Shown in pieces: positions 59,601-64,000 of a stretch of DNA of 64,000 bases. A program made the position numbers and the translations under genes. Numbering within the stretch: the stretch's first letter is position 1; each line of letters begins with the position of its first letter. Source of the stretch: Cladosporium halotolerans (taxonomy: Eukaryota); the NCBI RefSeq assembly GCF_011745625.1, contig NW_027191465.1, positions 186,001-250,000 on the forward strand, read 5' to 3'. The notes under the pieces are model-generated. The model ran no database searches and was not told the DNA's origin. It worked only from the letters and a program-made list of their open reading frames with translations.

Positions 59601-59942
59601 CTGCGCGGCCTCGACATGTCGCCCTACACGCTCCCACCGCCGGACGCGGCGGAGCAGCAGCGCATCGCGGCCCTCGCGGCGCCGCAGGAGAAGGCGCCCG
59701 ACCCCGCCATGACGCCGCCGTACTCGTACGACGCGTACGCGGTGCTGCAGCACATCGGCGGCGACCTGACGCACGGCCACTACACGACCGCGGTGCGCGA
59801 TCGCATGAAGAGGGTGTGGAGGAAGTATAACGATACGATTGTGAGGGAGATCGATCCGGCGGGGTTGCAGAATAAGGAGGCGTATATTCTGTTTTATGAG
59901 AGGACGGCGGCTGCAGGGGCGGAGGGCGGGGGGAGGTTGTAG
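56631..59942 (+). CDS. DOA4: Ubiquitin C-terminal hydrolase Doa4/Ubp4 (USP8-like): N-terminal helical domain, rhodanese, USP
   Basis: AFVEYLRA, rhodanese LLIDVRPRADFDQGHI..LVGGIEAW, Cys box GLINFGVTCYMNS, QQDA, His box HIGGDLTHGHY, AYILFY. Confidence 0.92.
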   Translation: MSAAASLPSPPSAPPGHSNGSRMPTFNNGTEVPYEHIQDLQARAQDGYNANDPPAKLLSTAAQSLQQAKSLLDSRRPDLAFVEYLRAYEIAIDVIPRNGKGLDMDLDQGWDRQYKYVKSTLVQWNEQYMGIKSIIENNNKRSGVLPKYYQIKTQHTRSQSESQREYATKAPYPQSNAEYRSGNGQGARKVKPSVSPKPDSLHGRALSLGGAALNGSQRSGPSEALNDRFARLRMPSSSAEPGRPDSRGSNSSVHSSPIQMPSAIDWNGRNSFEAPVKSIGSNGRPLGPRGMPNGGPMPPAKLPLDTSFAAAMPKAPSPTYSPARNMHTTGNVAPPRHSARSLASSEYRKSSVASSSASMRAPNGAQDSGDYFPQTGSEDNMTSSTSSVKPHHTTETRVSTERLFDYLPRFSVLLIDVRPRADFDQGHIYSQNVMCIEPMSLQADMSAEQLLDSLVLSPEFEQELFDNRHLFDLVVYYDAKTKSDAYLASPRSERELKLKYLHESLHDFNQEKPLRQPPMLLVGGIEAWIDLVGQQALATSSTLSRAKAGRPISRRPMATAGMGSQLRLPKRRVQDFAPLGQDEERAWLARARQESVSAPQQPVTEEYEEEGEEGDEERERLSRAAIDEFNQRYPDASAIDTQPGFMSSQMPTRKAPAPPAKIPEYPAAPSPSQYPQAPTRPAPAAPRMSYTGVSDKAASQSTFAGRSDGLMPYVPPKLRSSTMTLPKTGLINFGVTCYMNSTIQALSATTPMTMLFLSDEFKRAVQRNWKGSKGVMPELYSNLIRSLWKGDVSSIKPTTFRTFCGRLNSDWKNDVQQDAKQFLEFMIETLHEDLNANWDRTILQNLTPQQETFRENLPKYLASKREWQRHRHREHSPIYDLFGGQTMSRLRCRSCSFVSTTWEFFSSISVEIPHAAPAATLDQCLAQFCRDEPLGGEERWICPRCKVHREATKQITFTRLPQYLVVHLKRFRNDDYGRAARKLHTVIDFPLRGLDMSPYTLPPPDAAEQQRIAALAAPQEKAPDPAMTPPYSYDAYAVLQHIGGDLTHGHYTTAVRDRMKRVWRKYNDTIVREIDPAGLQNKEAYILFYERTAAAGAEGGGRL

Positions 59943-61266
59943 AGGCTCGGGGAGGCTGGAAGTTTGGATGATGGAGGATGGAGGATGGGGTAATTTGTTT
60001 TGTGTGAGCGTAATTGGAGCGTTCTTTCTGTCTGATGAGAGGGAAATAGAGCGCTTGTACGGTATGATAAATGACGCAAGAAGGAACCCTTTCCGCAGCA
60101 TTGCCGCGACACGCACTCTGCAATCATGATGTTGGTCAACCTTATTCTGGCTCCCCAAAGCAAACGTTGCGAGAGCATTAGCAGGAACGACCAAAACATA
60201 CCGACTCAACAACCCAACCCAAGCACCAATCCCTACCCTATCCGGATCTCAATTCGCTCAAACCAGACAGATGCAGTGAACTCGGATAGAACGAAAGTGA
60301 ACATGCCATGCCTCATATACTATACTACACGATGCTAGAGTACGAGAGCGCGCCGCAAGAGAGCCGAGCCAAGCCAAGAGCGCGATCCCTCCAAACGGCT
60401 CTAATGCAGCGCAAGCACTCCTCTTCCCCTCCACCGACTAAAAAAAGAAAAGAAAAGTAAAAAGAAAGAAGAGAGACAAGTGTGTATATGCAACCCGAAC
60501 CCGAGCCACAAGGCCCGCCCGCCCCTCACCGCGCGCGCGCAAAGACTCCTCCGCTCAGAGAGAAGCGGTGTATCAAACGGAAAGAAAGAACAAGAACAAG
60601 AACGCCGATTCTCCCGACTCGACTCTCGGCCGCCTTCCTTCCTCTCTCGACATACCGTCCCCTCTCGTGAAAGTATAGGTACAGTAGAGTAGAGCAGAGG
60701 AGAGAAAGGCTAGGCTGACGTCCCGTCATGCAAACCCCAAGCCCAGTGAAATGAGACGGAACGAAGAAAAGAAGACAAACGATCCTTGACCCGGAAGAGA
60801 GGGAGAGCATGCCGCATTGCTGAATTATGAGTGTGTATTGTAACGTATTGATTGGCAGGTAGGTAGGAACGCCGGGTCGCGGTATGCTGTTGTGTTTCGA
60901 GGAAGAAAAGGGTCGTGCGGGCGTTCGTTGGTTAGTGGGTGTGAGTTGGACTCCAGGTTGTTGGGGTTTTGTCGCGGTGGCGTCCTTTTGGCTTTGATGG
61001 TGGATGTTGTTGGTGGAAGCCCGGGGTTGGAGGGCGCTGGCTTGGGTGCGTGTGGGCGCTTTGGGTGGTCGGTGGCTCGCACGTCCTACTCCTCGGCGCG
61101 TGTACCAATGCGGTTTGCGATCAAGGTTCAGGGAAGGATGTATCCGGCTTCGTCTCCAAGCGCGACGTGTCGTCCAGGACTTCCGGCAATCCCTTCCGGT
61201 CTCCAAGCCACAATCCCACCCTCATCGTAATATCGGCGTGTAAGATCTCAAGCCAACCGCCCCAGC

Positions 61267-63072
61267 TCAGCCAGAACTAATGACCACCCGCGCCCCCTCC
61301 TTCCCAAGTACACCCCTCTCCTTCTCCTTGCCCTTCGGACTACGATCCCGCCCCTTCTTCCTCGAAAACAGCCCCAGCATGCCCGGCGAGCGCTCGGCCT
61401 TCTTGCCGTCGCGTGCGCCGTCCGCGTCGACCATGCCCGCGCTCTGGTTCGCCATGTCGCTCCAGCTGCCCTGCTCGTTGAGCACGACCTGCACGCCGCC
61501 GCCGAGGGAGGTGCTGCGCGTGCTGCCGCGGGGGCGCGGGGGAGGGCGGGACGTCGAGGGAAGCGCCGACTGCGCGGTGTCTTCGTAGCGGACGGTGCGG
61601 GTGCCGCGGTCGCGGGGTTCGCGGCCGCGGGACTGGTGGTAGGGGTCTGAGGTTGGAGGGGGGAGAGGGGGGAGGTCGGCTTGCGGTGGGGGGCCTTGGG
61701 GTGGCATGGGGACACTGCTGTTGTGTAGGGGAGGGGAGGCGGTGCCGGAGCGGGTTGACGAGCGCGCGCGTGAATTTGTTCCTGGAGTGTGTGCTCTGGG
61801 TGGCGGTGTTGATCGGCCTTTGTCTTGTTGCCGGACTGTTTCTGTGGATGTGGCCTTCTCGCTTGGGGCCTGCCCTGCTGGCGCTGGGGCTGATGCGGCC
61901 GCGGCGACGGCGGCTGCGGGATCTCTTGTTTCGGGGACAAGGGTGTAGTTGAAAGGCTCGAACATGGTCTCGACCATGCGGTGCAGTTCATCGGCACGGA
62001 TTTCCTGAGGTGTTGCGTCTTCTCGCAGCTCTGCTCTAGGCTTCTGCTTCCTCGCCCTGGCCTCCAGGGGTGCCTCTTCCAGAAGTAGCTCCTCAAGATC
62101 GTACGTTGCATCGAAATTGGTCTTCTCGCTGGACGGGCAGAATACCGGCTCAATCTCCTTCCTGAGTAGAGCATCGAAATCGAGTTCTCTGAAAAATGGG
62201 TTGTCGGTGAATGTGTCAAAACCAGCGGAACCAATTCTTTGAGTCTTGTCTTTCTCCAGCAGACTGCTGATTGCATGTAAACAGGGCATCGAGACGGGCG
62301 GAGAAGTGACGGGGAAGGCTGGGTCAGCCTTGACAATTGCCTGTGCGAGCGCATCGTGGTTGTTGGCCTCGAAAGGTCGCTTGTTGTAGATGCACTCGTA
62401 GAAGAGTACGCCAAGCGACCACCAGTCTACCTCCGAGTAATATCCCTTGCCCATGTACACTTCCGGTGCTAAGTAAGCTAAGGTTCCAGATTTGCTCGTC
62501 AAAGGTTTGTGCGGTGTGAGGTCCGAGGCGACGTTGAAATCCGCCAAATGTACATGGCCCTCATTGTCCAGTAAAACGTTGTCAGGCTTGACATCTCGAT
62601 GTACGATGCCCTGGCCGTGTACGTATCTCAGCGCGCATCCCAGCTCTGCTATCCAGAATCGCACTGCTTCCTCGGTGAAGGTTTTGCGTGAGATGTGGAA
62701 TCTCAAGTCTCCTCCGGTCATCAGGTCCACGACGATGTACCTGCCAATGTCAGCCTAAGTCACCCTCCTTTTCCATTCGTAATCTTCAACTCACAAGTAT
62801 TCCATATCCTGAAAACTATACCGCAAGTTACACAAGAACGGGTGGTTCAAGTGCTCCAGCATCCTTCGCTCTCGTATTATATTCCTGACACTTTCCGAGC
62901 GTACCACCTCATCTTTCCGGATGTACTTGAGCGCAAATGTGAGACCGGTGTCTTTGCGCTCGACAATGCGGACCTTTCCAAACGCTCCCTTGCCTACAAC
63001 TCGGAGAAGGCGGAAGTGGTTCAGGTTGACCTCGTCTGTCATGCATATGGGCTTGCCGTTTGAATTGCCCAT
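61267..63072 (-). CDS. AGC-group Ser/Thr kinase, YANK/STK32 type
   Basis: MGN N-terminus, GKGAFGKV, ALKY, HRDVKPDN, family-typical DFN, YLAPE. Intron 62741-62794. Confidence 0.92.
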
Positions 63073-64000
63073 GGTGCTCGATGGCTCGGCCGAGATCGAG
63101 CGGGGATGTGGAGGATGTAATACTCAGTAAGGACCTGGTCAGAGATGGAGTCAGCTTATGTGTTGAGAAGCCACCGCGGTGGCGCCTGCCCCTCGCTGTT
63201 CTTACACCTCACTTGTTGATGGGTGGTCCCGCCAGAACGCAGGGTGCGGTGAGGCACTGATACGTACAGTGATGGGAATGGCCTGCGACGGCGTGATCTG
63301 GCCAGGAATGAGGCCCGATTTTGCAGGTCCAGGGTGAGAGTCTCGCAGCAATGATCTTTGCGAAGAATATCACCGCATGTCCCGCCCGAGATCAAGAATG
63401 CAGATGCGTCCACAGATGGCGTTCCATGCAAAGCGATCGAGCGAGGCTCCGGTGTGCTCGCGCCAATCCCTCTCCAGACGTCAGGTCCGCAATGAGTTTC
63501 CTATTTGCGCCGCGGGTGCAGGAGGTATGCAAGCTGCCGTGTAGCCGACGTCAAGGCAGCGTGGCGGAGGCACGGATGTGGTGAGGCGAGGTTGCACGAA
63601 GGAGTGCAGCGGGCGTGGTAACCGGGGTGTCGGAAGCGGAGGATGAGGGCGCGGTGAGCAGGAGATGCAACGGGCCTGAAGCGGTATGGGCTGGCAGGGC
63701 GGCGTGGGTGACGTGTGCAACGGCAGCGGTACCGGTGGTGTTGTAGAGGTGGTGTTGGGCGACAGGCGGGCCGGGTGAGATGCGTGGTGGTGCAGACGGC
63801 GGCAGCGGGTGAGGTGCGGCGGAGGGTCGGGATGGGGGTGGACGGACGGTGTTCGGCAGGGAGGACAGAGGCTCGGGGCGGAAGGCAGGGCCGCACGGGA
63901 TTGGGGGCGGCGGCAGCAGCAGGGAGGCGGAGGCAGTTGGAGGGTGGCAGATACGTGGATGCGTGGATGCGTGGATGGGATGCGAAAGGGGAGGATCAGC

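Noticed and set aside
62500..62560. Kinase DFN instead of DFG as a sign of a pseudokinase
   Set aside because: DFN is normal for the YANK/STK32 family, and the other catalytic motifs are intact.
1..64000. Transposons or RIP-degraded AT-rich blocks
   Set aside because: No transposase or RT motifs, LTRs, TIRs or extended TpA-rich tracts were visible by eye.

Overview
Gene-dense, intron-containing eukaryotic DNA from a filamentous ascomycete. Short GT-AG introns with CTRAC/CTAAC branch sites are present, and the protein style suggests a Dothideomycete (inference). I can support about 25 protein-coding genes and one tRNA-Ile(AAU). Conserved housekeeping genes: GEM1 (truncated by the window edge), creC, MRPL6, KAR5, an Rsm1/C3HC protein, IND1, a copper-fist TF, VPS27, DOA4 and a YANK/STK32-type kinase. 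These are interleaved with accessory or orphan genes: a secreted tyrosinase, a tannase/feruloyl esterase, a catalase-related heme protein, a histidine acid phosphatase, a GH128 glucanase, an MFS sugar porter, a Zn2Cys6 TF and several unknowns. I saw no transposon, CRISPR array or secondary-metabolite backbone gene. The most notable structure the gene list does not explain: (i) about 13 recurring C/A-rich to G/T-rich strand-skew inversions centred 150-500 bp upstream of stop codons; (ii) a degenerate ~83-bp tandem array with a 303-bp duplication at 44.1-45.1 kb; (iii) head-to-head VPS27-DOA4, both in MVB sorting; (iv) two TATA-preceded Cys-rich micro-ORFs; (v) a mini-catalase with the Thr-His distal motif of fatty-acid-hydroperoxide enzymes. 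All family calls come from motif recognition by eye, not database searches.
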